From a virus: a stretch of DNA of 64,000 nucleotides. Positions within the stretch are counted from its first letter, which is position 1. Every line of letters begins with the position of its first letter. The position numbers and the translations under genes were made by a program. The stretch lies in IMG/VR virus record IMGVR_UViG_3300045391_002681, positions 1 through 64,000 of that record. The stretch is one strand, 5' to 3'. Below the pieces are notes generated by a model. It saw nothing but the letters and a program-made list of their open reading frames with translations, searched no databases and was not told the origin of the DNA. Below are positions 24,078 to 34,078 of the stretch, one piece after another.

Positions 24078-26674
24078 TGGTTGAGGCCCCCGAGGTAGCC
24101 GGCGCGGTGGACGTCCTGCACCGCCAGCGAGCGGCCGACCTGCGCAGCCTGCCGCGCGTGGGCCGCGGAGATGCTGTTCATCTGGTCAAGCAAGTCCTGG
24201 GTCATGACCGGGCTGTTGAGTACGAACGTGGGTCCGGCGATCATGGCTGGCGCTGTCTGCGGCGCCTTCATCGCGTTGATCGCATCCAGGGTCTGGAACG
24301 TCGGCGTCACGCTCGCCCCGCGCGGCAGGTTGACCAGCTCCGGGCCCTTCTCGCCCACCAGGGCCATGCCGCCGGGAGCGAAGTCGGTGCCTGAGGCGAA
24401 CCCCGGGATGAAGTGCAGCAGCGCCGCGAAGCCTTGTGCCATGCCCGGCGCGGCTTCCCTTTCCAGCGTCTGGGTCAGGATTTGCTGGACGAGGTTGAGG
24501 AACGTGTTCTTCAGCACGTCGCCGAGGTTCTTGGCGTGCAGGGCGGCGTCGACCAGGCCCGAGTTGAGCGCTTGGATGGCCTGGACGCCGTCTTCCTGGA
24601 AGGCGGTGTTCAGGTCCTGGATTTTGTTGATGTACTGCTGAAGCGGCCCGGCGTTGGCCTTCTCAAAACTGGCCGTCTGCAGCGGCTGTTCTGCCTTGAC
24701 GAAGTTGACGTTCGTCTGCGCCGCGTCGACCGCATTCTGCGCGTGCTTGATCGCGTCCTTGTCGTCTGGAGAGGTCGCTTTGACCGCCTCCAGATGACTT
24801 TTGGCTTCGGCCAGTTTCGAGGCGGCCAATTCGCTGTCCGCCTTCTGCTGCGCGACCAGCGCGGCGCGCTCCAGGTCTACGCGGTCCTTGGCGACCGTCG
24901 CCAGACTGGCGCGAAGCGTCAGCGTCGCCGCTTCGTTCTGGTATGCCGTAAGGCGCTGCTGGTAGCTGTCCTGCTCAAGCTGGGCGGCCAGGGTCATCTG
25001 TGCCAGCTGATGCTCACGTTCGGCGAGCAGCAGGTCGGTCGATTGGGTTAGACGGACTTCGGTTTCCGTCTGGTTGAGGACGGCGATGGTCTTGTCGTGG
25101 TTGGCCTGGATGTTCTTGGCCTCGGCGTCGGCCGCCGCGGTGTGGAGCTTGGCCAGTTCAGCGAGCTTGGCGTTGTCGCTGGTCTGCAGCTCGGTCTTCT
25201 GCTTCTCGATCTCGGCGATCTGCTTGTCGGCCCCGAGGTCGATCGCCTTCCTCTGGTTCTGGTAGGCCTCGTCCAGCGAGCCGGACAGCTTCTGATAGGC
25301 CTCGGCCAGCTTCTGCTGAGCCCCGATCAGCGTGGCCTGCGCGCCCTCCAGCTTCGCTCCGGAGTCGTCCTTGGGGAGGGCCTTGACCACCTCCGGCGCC
25401 AGGGGGATGCCGCCGCCCGTGCCGTCGCTGGCGGGCTTGCGGTCGGCCGCGATCTTCGCGCCGAGCGCCTTGGTCATGGCGTCGTAGTCGGCCTTGGCGG
25501 TGTTGTAGTCAGCGACCGTGAGGGCCGAGTTCCCGGCGGAGGCGCCGGTTTCATCGAAGTTCGGCGTTTCCTTGGTGGTTTCCGGCGGCGCATAGGCGAT
25601 GTTCCCGCGGGCGTCGAACTTGACGCCCTGGCGGCTCAGCTCGCGCCGGCCCTGGAGCAGTTGCAGGGCCTTGTCGGTCTGATTGGTCCGCAACACGTCT
25701 TCGGTCATCAGATCGTAGTGCGGCTGGCCCGAGAGCTTGCCGCCGTTGATCATGTTCTGCAGCCAGAGGTTGGCGTCCTTCGCCATGCCGGCCATCATGT
25801 CGGCGATGGTCTTCACGACCGGGGCGAGCGTGATGAACGCCTCTTTCAGCTGGACCGAGATGATGTCCTTGGTCGCGGCCAATTCCTTGTTGAGGTCGGC
25901 GGCCTTCTTGATGCTGCCGGCGTCGATCACCGCGCCGCTGGCCTTGGCCTCCTTCATCTTCTCGCCGATCTCGCCGAGCACCGGAACGATGTCCTTGGGG
26001 ATGCCGAGCTTTTCCGCCAGCATGTTCCGCTGGCCGGTGTTCCTTATCTTCTCCAGGCGCTCGCCGATTTCAGACAGCGCACTGACCGGGTCCTTGATGT
26101 CCCGCGCGCTCTCCTTGGTGATGCCTAGCGCGTCGAACACCGGGATCAGGCGCTTGTCGCCGATGTTGGCGGCGTACTTGGCGATGGAGACCTGTAGTTC
26201 CTCGGCCGCCTGCTTGGCGGTGTCGAAGTTCACGCCGGACGCGACGGACGCATAGTTCAGTTCCTGGACCTTGTCCGTGGTCGTGCCCAAGACCTCGGCC
26301 AAATGCTGGACCTGTTCGGCGTATTCCATCGCCTTGTGGGCTTCCTCGAGGGCGATGCCGAAGGCGGCGATTCCGGCCGCGGCGCCGATACCGAGCGGCC
26401 CCAACGGCTCCAGGGCGGACCCGAAGATGCGCAGCCGCGCCGAGCCCTCTTCAAGGACCGCGAGCTTGGAGCTGTCGAAGACCTTGTCGAGCGCCTTGCC
26501 GACGTTGATCGAGCCGAGGCCCTTCTCCAGTCCCTCGGCCGCCTTCTTGCCGCGGCGCTCCAGTTCCGGCCCCGCGTCCGACAGGCGCTTGTTCAGCGCG
26601 TCGATGGCCTTCAGCGCCTTGGAGGTGTCGGCCGAGACCGTAAGGAGAAGTGCCTGGGCGTCTGATGTGGCCAT
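24074..26674 (-). CDS. Tape measure protein
   Basis: Long Ala-rich coiled coil; C-terminal PGFASGT...ALVGEKGPELV motif. Confidence 0.9.
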   Translation of the reverse strand: MATSDAQALLLTVSADTSKALKAIDALNKRLSDAGPELERRGKKAAEGLEKGLGSINVGKALDKVFDSSKLAVLEEGSARLRIFGSALEPLGPLGIGAAAGIAAFGIALEEAHKAMEYAEQVQHLAEVLGTTTDKVQELNYASVASGVNFDTAKQAAEELQVSIAKYAANIGDKRLIPVFDALGITKESARDIKDPVSALSEIGERLEKIRNTGQRNMLAEKLGIPKDIVPVLGEIGEKMKEAKASGAVIDAGSIKKAADLNKELAATKDIISVQLKEAFITLAPVVKTIADMMAGMAKDANLWLQNMINGGKLSGQPHYDLMTEDVLRTNQTDKALQLLQGRRELSRQGVKFDARGNIAYAPPETTKETPNFDETGASAGNSALTVADYNTAKADYDAMTKALGAKIAADRKPASDGTGGGIPLAPEVVKALPKDDSGAKLEGAQATLIGAQQKLAEAYQKLSGSLDEAYQNQRKAIDLGADKQIAEIEKQKTELQTSDNAKLAELAKLHTAAADAEAKNIQANHDKTIAVLNQTETEVRLTQSTDLLLAEREHQLAQMTLAAQLEQDSYQQRLTAYQNEAATLTLRASLATVAKDRVDLERAALVAQQKADSELAASKLAEAKSHLEAVKATSPDDKDAIKHAQNAVDAAQTNVNFVKAEQPLQTASFEKANAGPLQQYINKIQDLNTAFQEDGVQAIQALNSGLVDAALHAKNLGDVLKNTFLNLVQQILTQTLEREAAPGMAQGFAALLHFIPGFASGTDFAPGGMALVGEKGPELVNLPRGASVTPTFQTLDAINAMKAPQTAPAMIAGPTFVLNSPVMTQDLLDQMNSISAAHARQAAQVGRSLAVQDVHRAGYLGGLNQ

Positions 26675-26675
26675 G

Positions 26676-27104
26676 TCAGATCCCCTCGTAGGCGCGCTTC
26701 AGTGCGTCTCGCGCGGCCTTGGACAGCCGGCGTTTCATTGCGGATTTTCTGGCGCGATAGGTTGGCCAAAAGGCCGGCTGCGGGGCGACGTGCGAGCCAT
26801 CGCGCGCCTTGTGGCCCTGCTCGACGTTGGCGCCGATGAACTTACCCTCTGCGTCCGTAGCGTCAGCGATCACCCGATAGCTGATCGCGCGATCCGGGTT
26901 CTCATAGGCGTGAACGCTGTCGATCAGGCTCTGATGGTCGTGGTCGCTCGTGTCGTATTGCGCCGCCATCGCGCCTTTGATGGCGTCGACCAGATCGCTG
27001 GCCTCGGTCTTCAGTTGCGAGCGCAAGGCATCCGCGGCCGCATTTGGTATGCGCGCCAGGTTGGCCTGGACCTTGGCGAGGTTGAGCAGCTTGGCGTCAG
27101 CCAT
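26676..27104 (-). CDS. HK97 gp10-like tail completion protein
   Basis: VEQGH...PQPAFWP motif. Confidence 0.75.
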   Translation of the reverse strand: MADAKLLNLAKVQANLARIPNAAADALRSQLKTEASDLVDAIKGAMAAQYDTSDHDHQSLIDSVHAYENPDRAISYRVIADATDAEGKFIGANVEQGHKARDGSHVAPQPAFWPTYRARKSAMKRRLSKAARDALKRAYEGI

Positions 27105-27146
27105 CCTCACCTCTACTTTAAAGTGGCTGGAAAAAGGGGGGGCGCG

Positions 27147-27575
27147 ATGCGCAGCGCAGGATTGCTAGCCTTGACCGTAATGATTGCCGGCGTTGGTGCG
27201 GCCCACGCCCAGGCGTCGCAATTCGCTGGCCGCCCCTATGTGGTCTGCGTGGAACTGGCCTCCAGCGTGGACGATGCCCTCAAGGAGGCGTCGGCCATCA
27301 AGGAGTCGGGCGACCTCGACAACAGCGCGCCAAGGGCGACCATGCGCGCGGCGCAAGAGACGGCCGTTCTCACTTCCGCAGCCGCGACAATCGCCCTGAT
27401 GCGCGACAATAAGTGTCCGCTTCCCGATGTGCCAATTTCTGACGCCGTCTACGCCAGCGCAGCCCTGCATTGCAGCCTGTCCACCAAAGACGAGGCCGCG
27501 ATAACCTGCGACCGCTCGAAATGGTCATACGGGCCGCGTTGGGCTGGTCGGGCCAAGCCGTTGACTTCCAATTAG
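27147..27575 (+). CDS. Secreted Cys-rich moron protein, antisense to the tail operon
   Basis: Signal peptide ending AHA; 4 Cys. Confidence 0.65.
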   Translation: MRSAGLLALTVMIAGVGAAHAQASQFAGRPYVVCVELASSVDDALKEASAIKESGDLDNSAPRATMRAAQETAVLTSAAATIALMRDNKCPLPDVPISDAVYASAALHCSLSTKDEAAITCDRSKWSYGPRWAGRAKPLTSN

Positions 27576-27702
27576 CGCAGGTCGGGCCGCAACGCCTTGA
27601 GCGCCGCCGCCGAGGCTTCGGCCTCTTCGCGGTTCAGGCCGCCTTCGTCCGGCGAATTGGCCTTGGCCCAACCGCCGACGGCCGCCGCGAACTGCCAGAG
27701 GC

Positions 27703-28218
27703 TCATTCGGTCGACCGCTTCCGGCGAGTGGCCGCCCGCAGCGTTCCCGATCGCGTAGACCCCGTCTTCGCCGAACCGGATTTTCCCGTTTGGGAGGGGG
27801 GCTCGGCTTCGCCCCCCTTGGACTCCCCCGCCGCGTTCTCATCCTCCGGGCCGACCAGGGCGGCGAGACCGACGGCGTAGGCGATGGGCGCGGTCTCGAT
27901 GATCGGGCGTTCGTCCACCCATGTCTTGCGGAGTTTTCCGGCCTCCGGAGGGCTCATCCCGCCGCCGATCAGGCCCTGGAAGATCACCTCGCCGATCTGC
28001 TCAAGGCGTAGGTCGCCGAGCAGGCGGGACAGGATGATCTGGTCGAGCGTGAAGCCAGCGGCCGTCGCAGTGACGAACGGGTGCAGGTTCTGGACGATGA
28101 GGCTCAGCCCCATCTTGTCGCCCAGCGCCTCCTGCAAGCGACGGTGCTCGGCGAGGCCGAAGCGGAACGGCCGCTCCTCCCCGCCGAGGGACTGGATCGT
28201 GTCGCCGTTACGGCTCAT
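27703..28218 (-). CDS. Tail assembly chaperone, with probable -1 frameshift extension to 27572
   Basis: GTA-gp10-like IFQGLIGGGM; slippery GGGGGAG (27829-27823) and GGGAAAA (27787-27781). Confidence 0.8.
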   Translation of the reverse strand: MSRNGDTIQSLGGEERPFRFGLAEHRRLQEALGDKMGLSLIVQNLHPFVTATAAGFTLDQIILSRLLGDLRLEQIGEVIFQGLIGGGMSPPEAGKLRKTWVDERPIIETAPIAYAVGLAALVGPEDENAAGESKGGEAEPPSQTGKSGSAKTGSTRSGTLRAATRRKRSTE

Positions 28219-28425
28219 TGAATGTTCCCGGTATCGGCTCAGCAACGCCAGACCACTTGAAGTCCAGCCTCTCGGCGTTGCCGTTGAGCGCGGCGCCCAA
28301 GGGTGCCGACGCGACACCAAAGACCCGCAGCCGTTGACTGCTGGCCTCGATGGAGCGCAGCCGTGGCGCCGCGAAAACGAGCGCGAGCACCCCGGCCAAT
28401 TGCCGTCGCGTCATCGGTCTATATC

Positions 28426-28875
28426 TTAGACCGGGTCGCCCGCGGTCCACGGCCACGCACCGGAGTTCTCCAGGGTGATGGAGCGCTGCACGAGATTGGC
28501 GTCCTGCCGGAGCTGAACCGACTCGCCGAGGCTGGTCAGCAGGGCCGGACCTGAGCGGTAGCCAACGCCGGACTTGCGGTAGCGGATGTTCCGGGAGAGC
28601 CCGCTGTCCATCCAGCCGTTCCAGGTGGCCTCGTCCTCGGAAGCGGCGATGCCGCTCAAGGTGATCTTGCCGCCGATGCTGGAGATGCCGGCGATGTCCC
28701 AGGCCGGCGCCTCGGGGTTGTTGCAGTCGGGCACGATGGCGGTTGAGGTCTGGGCCGTCAGGTCAACGGCCTTCTGCGAAAAGCCGCACATCAGGGCGTT
28801 GTAAGTGCCCGAGCCGGGCGAGGACTCGACCTCGAGGATGATGCCCCCAAAGGAGCTGGTGGTAGGAAGCGCCAT
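28426..28875 (-). CDS. Major tail tube protein
   Basis: CGFSQK...VPDCNNPEAPAW motif of alphaproteobacterial tail tube proteins. Confidence 0.8.
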   Translation of the reverse strand: MALPTTSSFGGIILEVESSPGSGTYNALMCGFSQKAVDLTAQTSTAIVPDCNNPEAPAWDIAGISSIGGKITLSGIAASEDEATWNGWMDSGLSRNIRYRKSGVGYRSGPALLTSLGESVQLRQDANLVQRSITLENSGAWPWTAGDPV

Positions 28876-28923
28876 GTGGAGGCTCCATCAGGTGGGATGA
28901 GCGGCGTCGTCCGACGCTGCGGG

Positions 28924-29358
28924 CTAGGACTTGGGTTGGGTAACGATCTCGGCCTTGAGCACGCCGTGGGCGGTCACGCCGTCAGGGTCGGTGAGGTACT
29001 GGGTCTCGGTCGGAAGCGTGGACTGGACCGCGTGGGACGGCAGGTCGCCGATGCCGAGCGCCGCTTTCATGGTCGCCGCACCGATCGCCGCCGCCTTGAC
29101 CTTTGACGGCGGGTCGGGGAGCGAAAAGACGTGCCAGGTGACTTCGGTATTGGCCGCGTCAGATCCATCCACCGGAAGCGGTTGGATCAGACCGAGGATG
29201 ATGTAGTGCCGAGGCATCTCCTTGGGGGCCATGGTCGGCGGGACGTCGTAGACCTTGACCTTATCGGGAGCGAAGGCGGCGATCACGCTCGCATCGGCCC
29301 GCCAGAGGTCGGGAAGAGCGCCCTCCAGTTCGGCGGACGGATCGCTAAAGAGGGACAA
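28924..29358 (-). CDS. Tail terminator (DUF3168-like)
   Basis: VYDVPP...DPDGVTAHGV. Confidence 0.8.
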   Translation of the reverse strand: MSLFSDPSAELEGALPDLWRADASVIAAFAPDKVKVYDVPPTMAPKEMPRHYIILGLIQPLPVDGSDAANTEVTWHVFSLPDPPSKVKAAAIGAATMKAALGIGDLPSHAVQSTLPTETQYLTDPDGVTAHGVLKAEIVTQPKS

Positions 29359-29361
29359 GGC

Positions 29362-29703
29362 TTACCCTCCCTGCGTCTGGTCGGCTTCTGCGAGTATGGA
29401 AATCCACATCCGGCGTGGGTCTGCGGCGGGAGGGGCCTTGATGTTGTAGGCCTGTCCGCGCCACAGCATTCGCCAGCCGCTGTCGACCTGCTCGGTCGCT
29501 CGCGTGCAGCGGACGGTCACTTGAAGGGGCTGCACGCCGAGCAGGCGCTGCTGGATCACCGGCTCGGACCCTCTCAGCGCAACCACTTCTGCCGCGACGA
29601 GAATACCGTCCGCATCCCACGGCCCCAGCCGGTCGCCGTTGGCGTCGAGCGTGCGTTGCTGGAAGCGAACACGCTCGCGGAGCTGACCGACAGCTGTTGT
29701 CAT
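29362..29703 (-). CDS. Head closure protein (SPP1 gp16-like)
   Basis: GQLRERVRFQ...WR...YNIK. Confidence 0.85.
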   Translation of the reverse strand: MTTAVGQLRERVRFQQRTLDANGDRLGPWDADGILVAAEVVALRGSEPVIQQRLLGVQPLQVTVRCTRATEQVDSGWRMLWRGQAYNIKAPPAADPRRMWISILAEADQTQGG

Positions 29704-29708
29704 GGGCC

Positions 29709-30206
29709 TTAGAGGGCCGAAGGAGACGTCATTCGGAAGTCGAGCAGGACGGTCGTGGTCGACTGACCCATGCCGATGGCCTGCGGATAGTCGCCCGTGG
29801 TGTTGTCGGCCGCGGGCCGGATACCGCCAGCCGTTCCGGACAGGTAGTAGACCGTCCCGGCCGCCACCGTTGCGCCGATAGTGATCGTGCCGCCGGTCTG
29901 CACGACGACGGGCTGTCCAGCGGCGGCGCCGACGAGGGCAATCGCCTTGGCCACCCTCACCTCGGCGGTCGCCGAGTTGCAGTCGGCCTTGTACCACTTA
30001 CCGTCGGCCGCCTTCTGGTAGAGGGTCTGTCCGGCAGTGATTGCTTCGCCGGCCGTGCCGGTCTGGAGGACAGCGCCGGTCGAGGGCAGCACGTTGGCGG
30101 CGGTCACGCTCAGGTCGGTCGCGAAGGCCGGGGCGGAAGCGAACGCCAGGGCGAGCACGACAGCGGAGAGGCACGCGAGGGCGCCCCGCGAGAGGATGCG
30201 GATCAT
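29709..30206 (-). CDS. Capsid decoration/cement-like protein with signal-peptide-like N-terminus
   Basis: AGEAITAGQ...YYLSGTAG; head operon position. Confidence 0.55.
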   Translation of the reverse strand: MIRILSRGALACLSAVVLALAFASAPAFATDLSVTAANVLPSTGAVLQTGTAGEAITAGQTLYQKAADGKWYKADCNSATAEVRVAKAIALVGAAAGQPVVVQTGGTITIGATVAAGTVYYLSGTAGGIRPAADNTTGDYPQAIGMGQSTTTVLLDFRMTSPSAL

Positions 30207-30230
30207 GGAATATCTCCAGGAGAGGAAGGT

Positions 30231-30866
30231 TCAGACCGCCCAGAGGCGCGGGGGGCCGAGCAGGGCGTCGATGCCCAGGGGAAGCGGGGTTGAACTGTCG
30301 CGGTTCTCAACGCCGACCACGGCGTCGCGATGCTCATTGAAGTGCGAGACCATCAGCAGCAGGGCCAGGCGGTAGTTATCGGGGACGTCGGTCACGGCGT
30401 CACCGAAGCCGGCCGTCCATTCGAATTTAATGCCGTTAGCGGGGCGGGGAACGATGTCCGGCCAGTTTGCGCCGCGTCGAAGCACGACGCGTCCCACCGA
30501 GCTGTCGACATCGACTATGTACGTGGCCGGATCGACGGGCGTGGCGTTGTCGTCGTCGTCATAGACGGTAATGGCCGAAACGGCCTGGAGCGGCGGTGCC
30601 GGAATCTCGATCTCGCGGACAACGCTGGCCACGAAACCCCTCGCGGGCTTCTTCGTCGGCCAGCAATCCAGCCAGCCGCGGTAACTGCGGGTGATCAGGG
30701 AAAAGCCGGTGTAGATTTCCACGAACATCGTAGCCGCCGCGATGAAACGGGTGGCGTTGGCCTGCTGGGTCGCATCCGCCGTTTCCGGCAGGATGTTCAT
30801 CTGGCCGAAGGCATCGTCGATGGTCACCGGGTAGATGGCCGGCGGCGTCACCACGACAGGATTCAT
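30231..30866 (-). CDS. Head-tail connector (gp6/gp15-like)
   Basis: AGFG...VPDNYRLALLLMVSHFNEHR. Confidence 0.88.
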   Translation of the reverse strand: MNPVVVTPPAIYPVTIDDAFGQMNILPETADATQQANATRFIAAATMFVEIYTGFSLITRSYRGWLDCWPTKKPARGFVASVVREIEIPAPPLQAVSAITVYDDDDNATPVDPATYIVDVDSSVGRVVLRRGANWPDIVPRPANGIKFEWTAGFGDAVTDVPDNYRLALLLMVSHFNEHRDAVVGVENRDSSTPLPLGIDALLGPPRLWAV

Positions 30867-32029
30867 CGCCATGCTCCGTCCGGCTTGCCGGTCTCGCGCC
30901 ATTGGCCGACAGGCTGTGTCAGCGGGGTTGTTTCCGGCCCCAGCGCCGCCGGCCAAAGCACCGTCAGTTCCAGGTGGCCGATCGGGACGCGGTTAGCGAG
31001 GTAGAGGCTGCTGCCGGCCGCCTCCCAGGCTCTCCAGAATGCGATGTCGGCGTCGGTGCGGCCCTCGTTCCAGGAACCATCGGGAGCGGGGACATCAGCG
31101 AACCACGGCTTGGGCAGAGCCGCGAGTTTGTCGGCTCGGATCAGGGTCAGGCCGAAGTGCGCCGTCGAAACCTTGGCGAGGTCGCCGGCAAAGGTCTCGC
31201 CAGGGACGCCGGTCAGGTTCTGGCCGTCGTCGCCCTTGATCGTGAACAGCCGGCCGCTCGCGGTTCCCCTCCCCGCTTGCACCGCAGCGATCGCGTCGAC
31301 CTCCGGATGGCAGCACATCAGCTGCATCAGCAACGCCACGTCCCGGCGGGTGAAGACCGAGTCGTAATCAAGCGTCAGCACCGCGTCCGGAGCATCCTCG
31401 CGCAGGGTCTCCTCGATCGCCCGCTCCAGGCACTGGCCCCAATAGGCGCCGGTGCAGCGCCGAAGCTTCACGTTCAGACCCGGCAGCGCCTCGATGGCAG
31501 AGAACATGTTGTCCATGAACCCCAGGCGAGGCACGGACATCACCGCCGAGACCGCGATCTCCGGCATATGCGGCTTGGTCCCCTCAAGGTTCAGCGAGAT
31601 CGGCAGGGCGGCGCAGTCGCCAAGCTCCGATTCCCACCGACGGATCAGCATCAGCCCGGCCCGGGCCAGCGCCGACTTCAGGGTTGCCTCGTCGAATAGC
31701 GCCTTGTGGAAGTCTGCGGCGTCGACCTGACCACCCATCACGAAGGCCTCGGTCGGCATGTTGGCGCCGGCCAGGTAACCTTCAGCGATCTTGGCGAAGT
31801 CGGGCACAGCGACCTTCAGTCGGCCGCCCGGCCTCAGGACCCGGACCCACTCCGCGATCACGTCAGGAATCTGGGCTGCGGGGAAATGCTCCAGGACGTG
31901 GCTGGCCCGCACTTCATCGCAGGCGTCATCGTCAATGCCCGGCAGCGGATAGACGGGCGTGCCGTGGGCATTGCCCATCGGCGTGAAGCCCTCCGGCGAG
32001 ACGGCGCCGGCGCCAAGATCGAGGCGCAT
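30863..32029 (-). CDS. SAM methyltransferase - glycosyltransferase (GT-A-like) fusion
   Basis: LDLGAG, ASHVLEH, WVRVLRPGG; C-terminal LTLDYDSVF (DxD), HFGLTLI, DADIAFW...GH. Confidence 0.8.
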   Translation of the reverse strand: MRLDLGAGAVSPEGFTPMGNAHGTPVYPLPGIDDDACDEVRASHVLEHFPAAQIPDVIAEWVRVLRPGGRLKVAVPDFAKIAEGYLAGANMPTEAFVMGGQVDAADFHKALFDEATLKSALARAGLMLIRRWESELGDCAALPISLNLEGTKPHMPEIAVSAVMSVPRLGFMDNMFSAIEALPGLNVKLRRCTGAYWGQCLERAIEETLREDAPDAVLTLDYDSVFTRRDVALLMQLMCCHPEVDAIAAVQAGRGTASGRLFTIKGDDGQNLTGVPGETFAGDLAKVSTAHFGLTLIRADKLAALPKPWFADVPAPDGSWNEGRTDADIAFWRAWEAAGSSLYLANRVPIGHLELTVLWPAALGPETTPLTQPVGQWRETGKPDGAWR

Positions 32030-33297
32030 CAGGCGGCCAGCGGATGCTTGACGTGATGGTCGTCGGCCGGGTCCCAAGGCCGGCTGTTGAGCCCGACTAG
32101 GACGCTGCCGGCGGTCAGTTGGAACCAGTGCGGCGTACCGGCGGTGACCGTGTAGATCTTGCCGATCTCCATCAGGGCTGGCGGCTCATCGCCAAGCCAG
32201 ATCGTGCCGGAGCCCTCGGACAGGATGAAGAGTTCGTCCTTGTGCTCATGGTAGTGGCCGCCGATCACTGTGTCCTTTTTCAGCCGAAGCACCTTGCCTT
32301 CGGGGTAGGACTGCAGGATGCGCCGGTCGTCCTCATGGGAGGTCGAAAGCTTGGCCAGTTCCGCATCGACCATGATACCCACCAGCTCGGCGAATTTGAC
32401 CTTGGGTTCGAAGCCCAGGAGATGCTTGGACTTGCTCGAGTCGCCGCACAGCAGGTCGACCTCGGCCGGTCGCGTCAGGTCCTGGTCGTAATCGACATGG
32501 TCCTGCCAGTTGGCGATGCCGACGTGGGCGAAGGCGGCGGCGACGAACTCTTCGACCGAATGGGTTTCGCCGGTCGCGATCACGAAATCATCCGCCGTCG
32601 GATGCTGCATGATCCGGTGAATCCATTCGACGTACTCGGGCGCGTAGCCCCAATCACGCTTCGCCGCAAGGTTGCCGAGGACCAGCTTTTCCCGGCTGCC
32701 GGTGGCGATCCGCGCCACGGCCATGCACACCTTGCGGCTGAGGAACGCCGGGCCCCGGCGCGGGCTTTCGTGGTTGAACAGGATGCCGCAGTAGACACGC
32801 ATCCCGTAGGCCTCGCGGTACGTTCGGGCGTGCTCGAACGCCGCGACCTTGGAGGAACCGTATGGCGAGCGCGGATGGAACCGCGTCGTCTCGGTCTGCG
32901 GCGTCTCTTGCACCTTGCCGAACATCTCGCTCGAGCAGGCCTGGTAGACCTTGGCGTCTAGGCCCAGCGTCCGGCAGCTCTCCAGGACACGCAGCAGCCC
33001 GTTGGCGTTGATGTCCTGAGTGACCTCGGGATGGTCGTAACTGTCCCTGACCTGGGACATGCCGGCGAGGTTGTAGATTTCATCGGGCCGCACGGCCTGG
33101 AGGACGCGGAACAGGCTCGGCCCGTCCGTCATGTCGCCGGTGTGCAGGGTGATCTGGTCGCGGATCGCGGCCAGGTTGGAGAAGTTGGGCTGCGAGATGC
33201 GGCGCACCAGGCCATGGACCTCGTAGCCTTTGGACAGCAGCAGTTCGGCCAGATAGGAGCCGTCCTGCCCGGTGATGCCGGTGATGAAGGCACGCAT
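32029..33297 (-). CDS. gmd: GDP-mannose 4,6-dehydratase fused to a C-terminal cupin
   Basis: ITGITGQDGSYLAELLL, SSEMFG, PRSPYGSSK, LFNHESPRR, RDWG; cupin GGHYHEHKDELF...PH. Confidence 0.93.
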   Translation of the reverse strand: MRAFITGITGQDGSYLAELLLSKGYEVHGLVRRISQPNFSNLAAIRDQITLHTGDMTDGPSLFRVLQAVRPDEIYNLAGMSQVRDSYDHPEVTQDINANGLLRVLESCRTLGLDAKVYQACSSEMFGKVQETPQTETTRFHPRSPYGSSKVAAFEHARTYREAYGMRVYCGILFNHESPRRGPAFLSRKVCMAVARIATGSREKLVLGNLAAKRDWGYAPEYVEWIHRIMQHPTADDFVIATGETHSVEEFVAAAFAHVGIANWQDHVDYDQDLTRPAEVDLLCGDSSKSKHLLGFEPKVKFAELVGIMVDAELAKLSTSHEDDRRILQSYPEGKVLRLKKDTVIGGHYHEHKDELFILSEGSGTIWLGDEPPALMEIGKIYTVTAGTPHWFQLTAGSVLVGLNSRPWDPADDHHVKHPLAA

Positions 33298-33394
33298 AGG
33301 GTTTCCCTTGTCGGAGGGGGCGATGGGGACCGGGCCGACACCCGGCCCCATCTGGTCAGCGCTGACGTCACGTTCCGCTGTCGGGCGGATGGGG

Positions 33395-33580
33395 TTAGGC
33401 GGCCTCGGCAGCGGCGGCGGCAGCGGGCGGCTCCGGTTCCGGGTCGGGCTCGGGGGCCGGTTCGGCAGCCGCTGCGGCGCGGGCCGCGTCGGCTTTCGCC
33501 GCCGCCTGGGCATAGGCCTCGTAGGCGTCCGCCTCGGCCTTCAGGGCGTCGGCCAGCGTCTTGTCGGTTTTGCCGGCCAT
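33395..33580 (-). CDS. Small Ala/Pro/Glu-rich head protein
   Basis: Position after the decoration gene; RBS. Confidence 0.5.
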   Translation of the reverse strand: MAGKTDKTLADALKAEADAYEAYAQAAAKADAARAAAAAEPAPEPDPEPEPPAAAAAAEAA

Positions 33581-33584
33581 GGGA

Positions 33585-34028
33585 CTAGCCCTCCGCCAGC
33601 GTCATGGCGTTGGCCTTGGATGCGTTGACCGGGGCCTGTTCGCCGCGGCCAAGGTTGGCGATGACCGTGACGGTCTGGGTGGTGGCCGGGCTGTAGAGCG
33701 CCTTCAGGTAGCGCTTGCGGGGCCGGCAGTCGACGTTGAACTTGTAGTTGTTCTGCAGCACCGCCGTCGCCGCCGTGTTGGCGTTGGGGATGGTGAAGTC
33801 GGTGCCGCCGCGGAAGCCCACCACGTCGGCGAAGGACGAGGAATTCGTCACGTCCGCTTCCTGGAGCTTGAGCACGGTCGGGGCATTGGAAACGACGTCG
33901 GCCGTGGTGGCGACCACGTCGATCGTGGCCCAGTCGTAGCCCAGGGTGTCGATGATGCCGGACGCGGTGGCCGCAGCCGTGGTGGAGGCCGCGTTCACGG
34001 CGACGATGGTTTTCAGCTGAGGAAGCAT
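33585..34028 (-). CDS. Capsid decoration/minor head protein
   Basis: IDTLGYD...KLQEAD...KRYLK motif; directly after the MCP. Confidence 0.7.
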   Translation of the reverse strand: MLPQLKTIVAVNAASTTAAATASGIIDTLGYDWATIDVVATTADVVSNAPTVLKLQEADVTNSSSFADVVGFRGGTDFTIPNANTAATAVLQNNYKFNVDCRPRKRYLKALYSPATTQTVTVIANLGRGEQAPVNASKANAMTLAEG

Positions 34029-34078
34029 CTCGCTTCTCCTTCAGAATAGGGATTGAGGGGATCGAAGCGGGGGTCCGA

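Noticed and set aside
33400-33480. Short GC-rich repeats
   Set aside because: Explained by the Pro/Glu/Ala codons of the 61-aa ORF
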